A stretch of DNA of 64,000 bases from an uncultured Gammaproteobacteria bacterium (GTDB taxonomy: Bacteria; Patescibacteriota; Patescibacteriia; S139-126), in assembly GCA_964620905.1 (NCBI GenBank), contig CAZUKA010000001.1:369107-433106 (forward strand), written 5' to 3'. The number at the start of each line of letters is the position of its first letter. The stretch's first letter is position 1. The translations under genes and the position numbers were made by a program. The notes under the pieces were generated by a model that was given only the letters and a program-made list of their open reading frames with translations, searched no databases and was not told the DNA's origin. Below, in pieces: positions 9,248 to 17,556 of this stretch.

Positions 9248-9520
9248 ATGAACAATTTATATATATTAATTAGTTTAAAAGACAAATGTCTATATATCGG
9301 TTATACTAATAATATTAAAAATAGGTTAGAAAAACATAATAATGGTTACGTAAAAGCTACTAAAAATAGACGCCCATTAAAACTAATCTATTATGAAGCC
9401 TATATATTTGAAAAGGAAGCAAAACAAAGGAAAAAATATTTAAAAGGTGGAAAAGGTAGGTCTGAATTAAAAACTCAATTGAACCTAACACTAAACTATT
9501 ATAAATATAAATTCCTATAA
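9248..9520 (+). CDS. Small GIY-YIG nuclease-domain protein.
   Basis: YILISLKDKCLYIGYTNNIKNRLEKHNNG...YYE is a GIY...YIG motif. It has its own extended -10 (tgtataat ~9222) and an RBS (ggagagag). It is very AT-rich. Confidence 0.75.
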   Translation: MNNLYILISLKDKCLYIGYTNNIKNRLEKHNNGYVKATKNRRPLKLIYYEAYIFEKEAKQRKKYLKGGKGRSELKTQLNLTLNYYKYKFL

Positions 9521-9547
9521 TCAACCTAATAATTAACCCCTAAAACT

Positions 9548-10054
9548 ATTCAAAAATTTAGAATCAATCAGCAGATAAACCTCCCTGAAGTTCGCCTAGT
9601 AGGTATTGACGGCGAACAGTTGGGTGTGGTACCAACCACTGACGCCTTGCGTCAAGCACGAGAAGCTGGACTTGATTTAGTGGAGGTATCCCCCAAAGCT
9701 GCTCCTCCGGTGTGCCGTATTCTAGATTATGGCCAATGGATTTATAACCAAAATAAACTCCAACAAAAGGCCAAAGCTAAAAGTAAAAAATCAGAAGTCA
9801 AAGGAGTCAGACTTACTTACAACATGGGCGCCCATGATCTGGAGGTTAGAGCCAAGCAAGCTATCAAATTTTTAAACCAAGGCGATCGGGTAAAAACTGA
9901 AATTATCCTCAAAGGCAGACAAAAAGCTCACCCGGAAAAAGTCAAAGAAATTATGGTTAAATTCCAAGAAATGTTAGGTGCTAATGTTCGGATTGATCAA
10001 GAGCCTACACGTGAAGGCAATAAATTTTCAGCACTTTACTCCCAAAAAAAATAA
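9548..10054 (+). CDS. infC: Translation initiation factor IF-3, with a probable AUU start at 9548 (the track begins at an internal TTG at 9620).
   Basis: Upstream in frame I read ...RINQQINLPEVRLVGIDGEQLGVV, which matches the conserved IF3 N-terminus. The frame is open back to the TAA at 9530 and contains only an ATT (9548) or ATA (9575) as a candidate start. Confidence 0.8.
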   Translation: MQKFRINQQINLPEVRLVGIDGEQLGVVPTTDALRQAREAGLDLVEVSPKAAPPVCRILDYGQWIYNQNKLQQKAKAKSKKSEVKGVRLTYNMGAHDLEVRAKQAIKFLNQGDRVKTEIILKGRQKAHPEKVKEIMVKFQEMLGANVRIDQEPTREGNKFSALYSQKK

Positions 10055-10104
10055 ATCCGAGAATGTGCTTGACACCTACTGACTTTTCGGTTAAGATAAA
10101 TTTT

Positions 10105-10127
10105 GTCCCACTGCTTTTGGGTGGGAT
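10105..10127 (+). promoter_or_regulatory. Stem-loop in the infC-rpmI intergenic region. It may be an attenuator, an L20 operator-like structure, or the infC terminator.
   Basis: gtccca-ctgcttttgg-gtggga, followed by tttattgat. Confidence 0.3.
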
Positions 10128-10147
10128 TTATTGATAGCCACTTATAT

Positions 10148-10345
10148 ATGCCCAAACTAAAAACTCACAAAACTACCAATAAAAGAATACGTATTAGTAA
10201 AAACAAAAAACTGGTTCAAAGAACATCCGGCCAGGATCATTTTAATTCTCGTGAACCAGGTAAAGTTACCCGCAATAAACGACGTGACAAAAAAGTCGCC
10301 AAACCAAACGAAAAAAACATTCGCACTCTCCTGCCCTATCACTAA
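10148..10345 (+). CDS. rpmI: 50S ribosomal protein L35.
   Basis: MPKLKTHKTTNKRIRISKNKK... Confidence 0.9.
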   Translation: MPKLKTHKTTNKRIRISKNKKLVQRTSGQDHFNSREPGKVTRNKRRDKKVAKPNEKNIRTLLPYH

Positions 10346-10370
10346 TAAATTTACTTATATTCTTTATTCT

Positions 10371-10416
10371 AATTCAAGATTCTAGATTCTAGATTCTAAA
10401 TTCTAAATTCTAATTT
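10371..10416. repeat. Heptanucleotide tandem repeat (GATTCTA / AATTCTA units) between rpmI and rplT.
   Basis: aattcaagattctagattctagattctaaattctaaattctaattt. The reverse complement is GAATTTA/GAATCTA units with a 7-nt period. Confidence 0.8.
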
Positions 10417-10418
10417 AT

Positions 10419-10769
10419 ATGGCCAGAGTAAAAAGAGGTACAACTCACACCAAAAAAAGACGTAAACTAAGAAAGGCGGTTAAAGGTTATAAATGGAGTC
10501 GCAAGACAACTATTCGATTGGCCAAAACTGCCGTGGTGAAAGCTGGTACTCATGCTTTCCGTGACCGGCGTGCTAAAAAAAGAAACAACCGAGCTTTGTG
10601 GTTGATTCGCCTAAATGCCGCAGTTCGTGAACGTGGTACTAGTTATTCAAAATTCATCAATGCCTTGAAAAAGAAAAATATCGAACTGAATCGCAAAGTC
10701 TTATCAGAATTGGCTATGGATCACCCGGAAATTTTTGATCAAGTCTTCAAACAAGTAATGACCAAATAA
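10419..10769 (+). CDS. rplT: 50S ribosomal protein L20.
   Basis: MARVKRGTTHTKKRRKLRKAVKGY... Confidence 0.95.
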   Translation: MARVKRGTTHTKKRRKLRKAVKGYKWSRKTTIRLAKTAVVKAGTHAFRDRRAKKRNNRALWLIRLNAAVRERGTSYSKFINALKKKNIELNRKVLSELAMDHPEIFDQVFKQVMTK

Positions 10770-10789
10770 TTTTTAAAACAGAGAGTATA

Positions 10790-10815
10790 AAACCCGCCTT
10801 TAGGGCGGGTTTTTA
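10790..10815 (+). terminator. Rho-independent terminator after rplT.
   Basis: aaaacccgcc-tttag-ggcgggttttt. Confidence 0.75.
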
Positions 10816-10837
10816 AATAAATATATAATCAATTTTT

Positions 10838-10930
10838 AAATTTTTAATTTTGTAATTTTATAAATAATTTTTAATACTTAAATGTTTAAAAATTTAAATT
10901 TATTTAAAAAATAAAAATTATAAAATTTAT
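10838..10930. repeat. AT-rich palindromic intergenic element, copy B.
   Basis: tttttaattttgtaattttataaataa ... tttaaaaatttaaatttatttaaaaaataaaaattataaaattt. Confidence 0.55.
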
Positions 10931-11395
10931 TAAAATAATATTATTAACTTTAGCAACTTTAAGTTTCTAACTGTTACCCCACAACCTCACCCGGTTTTCA
11001 TTTTTGCGACTACTATAATTCAGACTCAATCCGCGTAAATTTATTGGTTGAATATTTTTCTTATTTCTCTTCCAAGTAAAAAAATTTTGTTTTTTTGTAA
11101 AAGCCATAAAAATTTTGTAAATAAAAAGGGATACGCATTTAGCGTACCACTCTGACTTTTATAGCTTGCGCTTTGTCGTTGGAAATGACTTTGATTTTCA
11201 TATTTTTGTTTTTAATTTTTATTTTGCCTCGAATTTAATCGAGAATTTTATTTTTTGAATTTTTTATTTGTAATTTATTTATAATTTGCAATTTAAAATT
11301 TATAATTTTCACTCCTATATTTTCATTATACCGCATTTTTTGACTTTTGTCAAGAAAAGAGGTACGATAAATTCAGATCAAATTTAATTTTAAAT

Positions 11396-11791
11396 ATGAA
11401 AAACAAAAAAATCCTAGTAGCAATATATATTTTAGTTTTTGTTTTTTTAGCACTAACATCAACCAATTACGTTTTTGCTTCAAATCCGCCTGTTAACCCT
11501 CCCGGCAACCCAACAGCCAACGGAGATACTAATACTGTCAATTTGCAAAACCCCTTATCAACTAGCGATCCTGCGGAAATTATGGCCAATGTTATTAAAG
11601 GTATCTTAGGTCTTACTGGGGTTATTGCCCTGGTTGCTTTTATCGCTGGTGGTGTAATTTGGATGACCTCCGGAGGCAGTGCGGAAAAAGTAAAAAAGGG
11701 CAGGGATATTTTGGTATGGGCAGTGCTTGGACTTTTCATAGTTTTTTCCAGTTATAGTATCCTCAAATATGTTTTTGACATTTTAGGTTAA
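11396..11791 (+). CDS. Small secreted two-TM protein with VirB2/TrbC-pilin-like topology (signal peptide, polar segment, TM1, short basic loop, TM2).
   Basis: MKNKKILVAIYILVFVFLALTSTNYVFA is the signal peptide. GILGLTGVIALVAFIAGGVIWMTSGGSAEKVKKGRDILVWAVLGLFIVF is the two-TM region. A paralog with the same architecture is at 22828-23193. Confidence 0.35.
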   Translation: MKNKKILVAIYILVFVFLALTSTNYVFASNPPVNPPGNPTANGDTNTVNLQNPLSTSDPAEIMANVIKGILGLTGVIALVAFIAGGVIWMTSGGSAEKVKKGRDILVWAVLGLFIVFSSYSILKYVFDILG

Positions 11792-11797
11792 ATATAA

Positions 11798-11828
11798 AAC
11801 AACCGTCATTTAGACGGTTGTTTTTGTA
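11798..11828. terminator. Bidirectional terminator between convergent genes.
   Basis: aaaacaaccgtc-attta-gacggttgttttt. Confidence 0.75.
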
Positions 11829-11845
11829 TGGGTGATAAATCAAGG

Positions 11846-14800
11846 TCAATCTTTTTTATAATTCTTTGCGGTGTTTTTATTTATTAACTTGTCTAATTTC
11901 TTTTTTGCCTCTTTATCGCCACTTTTTGCGTCCCGCAATAAAACGCCATACTTTTGATATTCCTTCAAACCATTCAACAAAGAATCCATACTGGTTACTA
12001 CAATATTGCCCTTGTCATCAAGTTTATATTTTATTCCCATCCAACCAATAGCCTTTTTATAAAACTTGGCATCTTTGCCTATTTTTTCACCAGCTTCGTA
12101 GGTATCCAAAGTGGAATTTAAAACATATTCAATTTGTTGCTTCAATTTTTCCAAATCCTCTGAACTATCAAAATCAATTTCTTTATTATCACCTGACTGT
12201 ATTTTTCTGATTTCATCATCAAAGGCACTAAATCCTCTGGACCACTGTTTGATTGGTGGTAAGGCATGATTTTTCCATTGATCAATGGCCCGACGAAGCG
12301 AGGTATAAATTCTAGAGTTCTTTGCGCCAGCGTATTTTATTCTCTCTTTATCGCCTTTTCTAGCTGACATAATTGCTTGACCAATAGCAATATCCTCACC
12401 TCCGGATATTTTATCTCTATATCCACCAATAGCGGCTAATATACTAGATTTAAAAGCAAAGTTTGCACCACTCGAAATCATCCTGCCTGTTTTATGTCTA
12501 CCAATCGCATTTAAATATTGAAATAAACGAGTGCCCATATGAAGAGCAGGATATTTTACATAACCCTCGGGATCCCAATCAACCTGTCCCAACATAGCAT
12601 CAACTTTTTTATCACTATCAAATCTTTTGATAAAATTTCTGATATATTCAGGGGCAATTCCCAAATTATCAGCATCATTACTTACCATGATCAAATCTTT
12701 TACGTCTTTACCCCGAGCCAACTGCCTAACCAACACCGCATCATTCAATAACTTACGAATAGTACCAATGTTTTGTTGATCTTTGTTTACCAATACCTCA
12801 TGCATTGACCTCAATTTGATCTGCGGATAATCTTTTTTAAAACGGTCAATTTCAGCTAAAGTTTTATCAGAACTATAAGGACTGCCCTTTTGATCCTTGT
12901 CTGGATTATTGACAAATAAAACTATCTCAAAATCATCATCATCAACTGTTTGTTTGGTGTAGTTTTCCAAAGTTCGATAAATATTTTTTTCTTCCTGATG
13001 GCCAGCTACTGGTATACATACTGAGACTCGACACTTTTCATTGATTGGTTCAATTTGTCCAACCAATCTATCAACCTGTTGTTTGTGTTCTGAAGAAAAT
13101 GACTCGGTATATCTTTTTATTTCAGCATAACTATCAAGTTCTGCTGCTGGATTTTCTTTCAATGTTGGGGAACATTTTTTCTCAAACTCAGCTTGGGAAT
13201 TTTTATCAATCTCACCTGACATCATATAATAAGGCGGGGGAACTTCTATCCCTGGATCTTTCCTTTTGGTATTTTCCAATGACTTACGCCAATAAACCGG
13301 TATAATTGGGGGCATTTCTATTTCTCTATTTGGATCAAGATCAAAAATTGGAATTTTTTCATCACGGTCAAAAATAGCTATCGGCACTTCTTGATCAGTT
13401 GCACCTGGATATTCTGAATCCTCCAATCCTTCACCAACTGCTGTGGCTAAAATACGAACCTGATCTACACCTTCTTGAGTCTGACCAACTGTATGTACCA
13501 CTTCCGCGTATTTACCAAGATATTTAGCGTGTCCCTTATCATCAAGTGCAAATAATTTCTCCCCGATGGGCGAATCCTTGTCAATTATCACATTACCTGT
13601 CTCGGGATCTATTGGCAGTTCAATTACTTGATTTTGGGTACCTACTGACACTGACAGCTGAACCTTCATCTCTCCTTTTTTGATTAACTCTTGAGCATCG
13701 ACTGATGCTTTTGAACCGTCAACAAAAGTATGATAAGAACCATCTTTATCCATTTTAATCACATTGAAGACATAATTCCCTTCGGTGTCTAAACCGCCTT
13801 TGCCACCCCAATGTAATTTCAATTCGTTTTTGTCAAAAATTGGTTTGGGTGTGTCATTATCATACCAAAGATTTCGTTTAATCTGTTCAAATAACTCCTG
13901 GTGTTTATTGATAAAGTCTTGACTAGAATTTTCCTCAACCCCTACCCCAGCCAATAAATCACTGCCATACTTGGCGGTCGTACTTTCAAAAATTATATTT
14001 TTACTCTGCAATTCAGCTTGTAATTGCTCATCCACAATCAGACTGTTATTTTCAGCAAAATTTAAACCAGCCAAAATTGTATCGTGGTTATCTTTGGAAA
14101 AAATAGAATAAGTACCATCTACTTCTTTTTTAATATCCCAATGTTCTGGCAGTCTAACTATTTTGTCATCTATCTCAATACTATTTAAGGCATGACCACG
14201 AATCATCTCTGATATTGTTACACCATTTTCTTTTAATTCTTGTTTAAATTCTTCAGCGATAGATCCATCTGGCTCTATTTCAATTTTTTCTACTATTGTT
14301 TGCTCACCACCCATCAAAGAATAGGTCCCGTCTTCATTTTTTATCATTTCACAACCTGCGGGTATTTTTGCTACCAATCCGTTATCAATATTTACAACTT
14401 GCGTACCCTGACTGCCTTCCGGGCCATCATTCCACAAATATTCGCGTAAAGATTCTAGGGCTGAATTACTCTTGATGGCAGTTTGACCTAAAATATCTTC
14501 TTTTTTATTGAAAATACTATCAATCCCACTCTCAACCAATCCCTGCTGATTGCCGCGGAAGAAAGCAGCTCCTTCTTGAAAGGCGGTACCAACTACTGCC
14601 CCAACCATTGCTCCTTTGCCCGCTGCTTTCAAGGCTCGACTATTTCTCATTTTATTAAATAAACGGTTTTTATTTTCAACTTCGTTGCGCATAAAAAGCT
14701 CCTGACGTGAATCTACTACTTGTTTATAAAAATCGTTGAAGTCGTCAATTTTAGTTCCATCTGTCAAAACTAGACCACCTTTATTTTCAATCAGCTGTTT

Positions 14801-16177
14801 TAAATCTCTTTTCACTTGGCCGCGCAGTAAATCCATCTGTTGACGCTCATGTTCAACAGCGGTCACATCTGAATACTGAATCATGTCTATATTATGTCGA
14901 TCAGAAATTTTTACTCTTGCTTCTAAATCTGATAGCTGATCAATCGCTGTCTGTAAATGAAGATCAACACCACCTCTGGATTTACTTAAATCTTTCAAAA
15001 GCCAATGACCATTTTCATCAGTCTTTATACTGCCATCATCTTCTATTTCATACATCGTTGCTTTTAGTTGATCAATTGCTGTTGATGCTTCTATGGTTTG
15101 ATAACGGTATTGTTCCATTTCAACTCTTCGTACTGCCTCTTTTTCATCATATTTTCTGCCTTTGGCCATTTCTCTTGAGTGTTGTCTTCTCTCTTCGGTC
15201 AAACGCTTCCGCTCTCTGGCAAAACCAATTGAACCGCCAACCAAGGCTGTACCAACTAAGGGTAGTGCGCGAGCGATTGTACTGACTGATCTTTTGGCTA
15301 AACCCAAACCAACCGAAGTTGCTGTCGCTACTGCCAAAGCTGCACCGGTTTCATTTACCAGTGATGACAAAACTTTACTTTTGGCTGTACCTTTTTGCAA
15401 TTTGTCCATTATTTTATCAACCATATCAAATTTAGCTTCAGTTCGAACTCCCAATCTGGCTTTTCCCACCACAATATCAAAATTCAAATCATTATCTAGA
15501 TTGTCTATTGCCAATCCGTGTTCTACTGCATCTCGGTATTGTTTGGCCATTTCCAACATGTTGTCAGTAAATCGTAAATGATTGTCAACATGGTCTGCGG
15601 CAACACCGTGAATTTTTGATAAAACCCGGTTACGTTCTTCTTGAAATTGATTTTCATCAATTTTGCCACTGGCAAAATCTTTTAGTGCTTGTTTAATCTC
15701 CTGTTTTAAATCAGTACTATCCTCAGTTGTCTTCTCTTTTGTTTCATTTTCACCCAGCACATATCTCTTTTCTCCGGCTTCGGTATGAATTGTTTCTTCA
15801 TACTCAACATCGGCAAACCTAGAAACAATAGACTCCTTGGCTTTTTCACTATACAAGACATCTGCTTCCTCGCCAGTAAAAATATTTCCGGTTTCTCTCA
15901 TTTCCTTTTTGGCTTTTTCAACTTCTTTACGATGATAGTAGTGATGCATGGTATCGTGCTTCCACAATTTCTTGAAAAATTTCTTTGAACCATCTCTGGT
16001 AAAAAATTCTTTAAAACCTTTAATTTGTAACTCATTGACTTCCTCGGTCATACGCAAATCAGCAATATCACGGGCTTGCGTTTCTACTAAATTTTCTACA
16101 TCCACTAAAACTAATTTATTTTCCAGTTTTCTCTCCGGAGCAGAATCAATATTTCTAAAAATTTTTTCAGGTGTCAT
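11846..16177 (-). CDS. Giant multidomain protein (1443 aa). It has an N-terminal coiled-coil/charged region, two Gly/Ala-rich hydrophobic segments, a beta-rich middle and a C-terminal GT-A fold glycosyltransferase (GT2-like, DXD) domain.
   Basis: RVSVCIPVAGHQEE...IVLFVNNPD...LIMVSNDADNLG (DXD)...GGEDIAIG matches the GT-A signature. The remainder has no recognisable family. Confidence 0.6.
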   Translation of the reverse strand: MTPEKIFRNIDSAPERKLENKLVLVDVENLVETQARDIADLRMTEEVNELQIKGFKEFFTRDGSKKFFKKLWKHDTMHHYYHRKEVEKAKKEMRETGNIFTGEEADVLYSEKAKESIVSRFADVEYEETIHTEAGEKRYVLGENETKEKTTEDSTDLKQEIKQALKDFASGKIDENQFQEERNRVLSKIHGVAADHVDNHLRFTDNMLEMAKQYRDAVEHGLAIDNLDNDLNFDIVVGKARLGVRTEAKFDMVDKIMDKLQKGTAKSKVLSSLVNETGAALAVATATSVGLGLAKRSVSTIARALPLVGTALVGGSIGFARERKRLTEERRQHSREMAKGRKYDEKEAVRRVEMEQYRYQTIEASTAIDQLKATMYEIEDDGSIKTDENGHWLLKDLSKSRGGVDLHLQTAIDQLSDLEARVKISDRHNIDMIQYSDVTAVEHERQQMDLLRGQVKRDLKQLIENKGGLVLTDGTKIDDFNDFYKQVVDSRQELFMRNEVENKNRLFNKMRNSRALKAAGKGAMVGAVVGTAFQEGAAFFRGNQQGLVESGIDSIFNKKEDILGQTAIKSNSALESLREYLWNDGPEGSQGTQVVNIDNGLVAKIPAGCEMIKNEDGTYSLMGGEQTIVEKIEIEPDGSIAEEFKQELKENGVTISEMIRGHALNSIEIDDKIVRLPEHWDIKKEVDGTYSIFSKDNHDTILAGLNFAENNSLIVDEQLQAELQSKNIIFESTTAKYGSDLLAGVGVEENSSQDFINKHQELFEQIKRNLWYDNDTPKPIFDKNELKLHWGGKGGLDTEGNYVFNVIKMDKDGSYHTFVDGSKASVDAQELIKKGEMKVQLSVSVGTQNQVIELPIDPETGNVIIDKDSPIGEKLFALDDKGHAKYLGKYAEVVHTVGQTQEGVDQVRILATAVGEGLEDSEYPGATDQEVPIAIFDRDEKIPIFDLDPNREIEMPPIIPVYWRKSLENTKRKDPGIEVPPPYYMMSGEIDKNSQAEFEKKCSPTLKENPAAELDSYAEIKRYTESFSSEHKQQVDRLVGQIEPINEKCRVSVCIPVAGHQEEKNIYRTLENYTKQTVDDDDFEIVLFVNNPDKDQKGSPYSSDKTLAEIDRFKKDYPQIKLRSMHEVLVNKDQQNIGTIRKLLNDAVLVRQLARGKDVKDLIMVSNDADNLGIAPEYIRNFIKRFDSDKKVDAMLGQVDWDPEGYVKYPALHMGTRLFQYLNAIGRHKTGRMISSGANFAFKSSILAAIGGYRDKISGGEDIAIGQAIMSARKGDKERIKYAGAKNSRIYTSLRRAIDQWKNHALPPIKQWSRGFSAFDDEIRKIQSGDNKEIDFDSSEDLEKLKQQIEYVLNSTLDTYEAGEKIGKDAKFYKKAIGWMGIKYKLDDKGNIVVTSMDSLLNGLKEYQKYGVLLRDAKSGDKEAKKKLDKLINKNTAKNYKKD

Positions 16178-16198
16178 AACTTTAATATAAATAAAAAA

Positions 16199-16220
16199 AT
16201 GCTTAAACGGATTTAAGCAT
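16199..16220 (-). terminator. Hairpin that overlaps the stop of the 16213-16557 gene.
   Basis: atgcttaaa-cgga-tttaagcat, followed in the minus sense by ttttttatttat. Confidence 0.5.
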
Positions 16221-16557
16221 TCAAATAAACATTGCGAAATTGCATGAGTTCAGCCGAAATTTTTTCAGTCAAGTCGGGAATATACTTATTTAAAAATTCA
16301 TTCATCTGTTTACTATCAGATTTTTCATTATCCAATAATTTTTCAAACTCGGCCAAAGTATCTGCTGGAAGATTTTTTAAAATCATGGCATTGATTTTAT
16401 CTTCCAATCTTTCCAATAAATCCGACTTTACTTCTGCTAAAACATCAGTTTCTAAATAATCAAGTCCTTTTTCCTTTACCAATTGTTGAATAAATTGATC
16501 GTACATTTTGTCTACTTCAGCCAAATTGTCTGAACTATTTACATTTGTTTTGATCAT
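16213..16557 (-). CDS. Small, highly acidic, alpha-helical protein (hypothetical; possibly a chaperone or immunity-like partner).
   Basis: ORF with an E/D/L/K-rich helical sequence and no TM. Confidence 0.5.
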   Translation of the reverse strand: MIKTNVNSSDNLAEVDKMYDQFIQQLVKEKGLDYLETDVLAEVKSDLLERLEDKINAMILKNLPADTLAEFEKLLDNEKSDSKQMNEFLNKYIPDLTEKISAELMQFRNVYLNA

Positions 16558-16649
16558 AAAACTATATAAATTAATGCTTATATAATTAATTATAACATTT
16601 TATGATATCATATTTTGCATAAATTGTCAATCATGAAAATATCTATTTA

Positions 16650-16678
16650 TTGACAAAATCAAAAAAATATGCTATACT
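16650..16678 (+). promoter_or_regulatory. Near-consensus sigma70 promoter for the 16838-18846 operon.
   Basis: TTGACA (16650-16655), a 17-nt spacer, then TATACT (16673-16678). Confidence 0.6.
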
Positions 16679-16752
16679 GGTTTGTTATGAATTAAAAACT
16701 TGAACCTTGACAATTTATCAAAACTCCTTTTAAAAACCTTTATTTTTTAAAA

Positions 16753-16806
16753 GTTAGTTAGTTGATTTAGGTTGAGAATTATCTTTATTTAAATCAACTA
16801 ACTAAC
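16753..16806 (+). promoter_or_regulatory. 17-bp perfect inverted repeat (stem-loop or operator) in the ~150-nt 5' UTR of the 16838 gene.
   Basis: gttagttagttgattta ... 20 nt ... taaatcaactaactaac. Confidence 0.55.
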
Positions 16807-16837
16807 AAAAAAAACAAAAAATAAAAGGAGCAACGTC

Positions 16838-17536
16838 ATGTTAAAAAAATTCGGAAAAAAAGTTAAAGACTTTTTTACTAGTAATGCTGCCGGCGTGGCC
16901 ACGGGTGTTGTCGGTGGACATGCTTTGAGTAGTTTCTTAATAGAACTATTTAAAGGAGGCGCTGGTGAAGTAGGCAAATTGGTCCTGCAAAATATAACTC
17001 AAACACCACCCAGAGCTGAACTGGAAAAAGTTCTTCTGGGGCTTCCTGATCCCAAAAGAATATTTTGGGAAGATAGATTAAAAGAAGCAAAGGATGATAC
17101 AAATCATCGTCCAAGCGAAAATGAAACAGTGACAGCATGGTGTAAACCGTTGCTGTTGAAAAAAATGAAAGTCTATATCCAAAACAAGGATGGAAGTCCT
17201 GCATTGGATAAAGAAGGTCATCCGGCTTATTATGAAACCGGGGAAATTCTCAATGACGACGAACTCCGTGAACATATTTACGGAAAAGTCGCAGATTTAG
17301 GAGTTGAGGAGTTCTGGATCTGGACAGATCTCCTGATCCATGATCGCTGGCAACAAATATTTCAGCGTTTCGGAAAAAAGTTTAAAAATCTTTTGAAAGC
17401 AAATTGGCAAAAAATTGCAAATCTGTATAAAAAAGTAATGACTTATACAGAAAATGAGTCCAACCGGGCTCATCAAGAAGTACGCGCTCAAAGAGATGCG
17501 CGTAGAAGAAGAATTGAAAATATTACAAATAATTAA
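16838..17536 (+). CDS. Hypothetical protein with a Gly-rich amphipathic N-terminus and a basic C-terminus.
   Basis: Strong RBS (aaaaggag) 7 nt upstream of the ATG. No family recognised. Confidence 0.55.
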   Translation: MLKKFGKKVKDFFTSNAAGVATGVVGGHALSSFLIELFKGGAGEVGKLVLQNITQTPPRAELEKVLLGLPDPKRIFWEDRLKEAKDDTNHRPSENETVTAWCKPLLLKKMKVYIQNKDGSPALDKEGHPAYYETGEILNDDELREHIYGKVADLGVEEFWIWTDLLIHDRWQQIFQRFGKKFKNLLKANWQKIANLYKKVMTYTENESNRAHQEVRAQRDARRRRIENITNN

Positions 17537-17556
17537 AAATCAAAAAGGAGTTTAAA

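Noticed and set aside
11467-16459. Numerous 60-140-aa ORFs overlapping the giant 11846-16177 gene and its neighbours (e.g. 11467-11739, 14917-15285, 15162-15581, 16232-16459)
   Set aside because: They are alternative-frame or antisense ORFs inside a long continuous reading frame. They are typical of AT-rich sequence and have no independent support.
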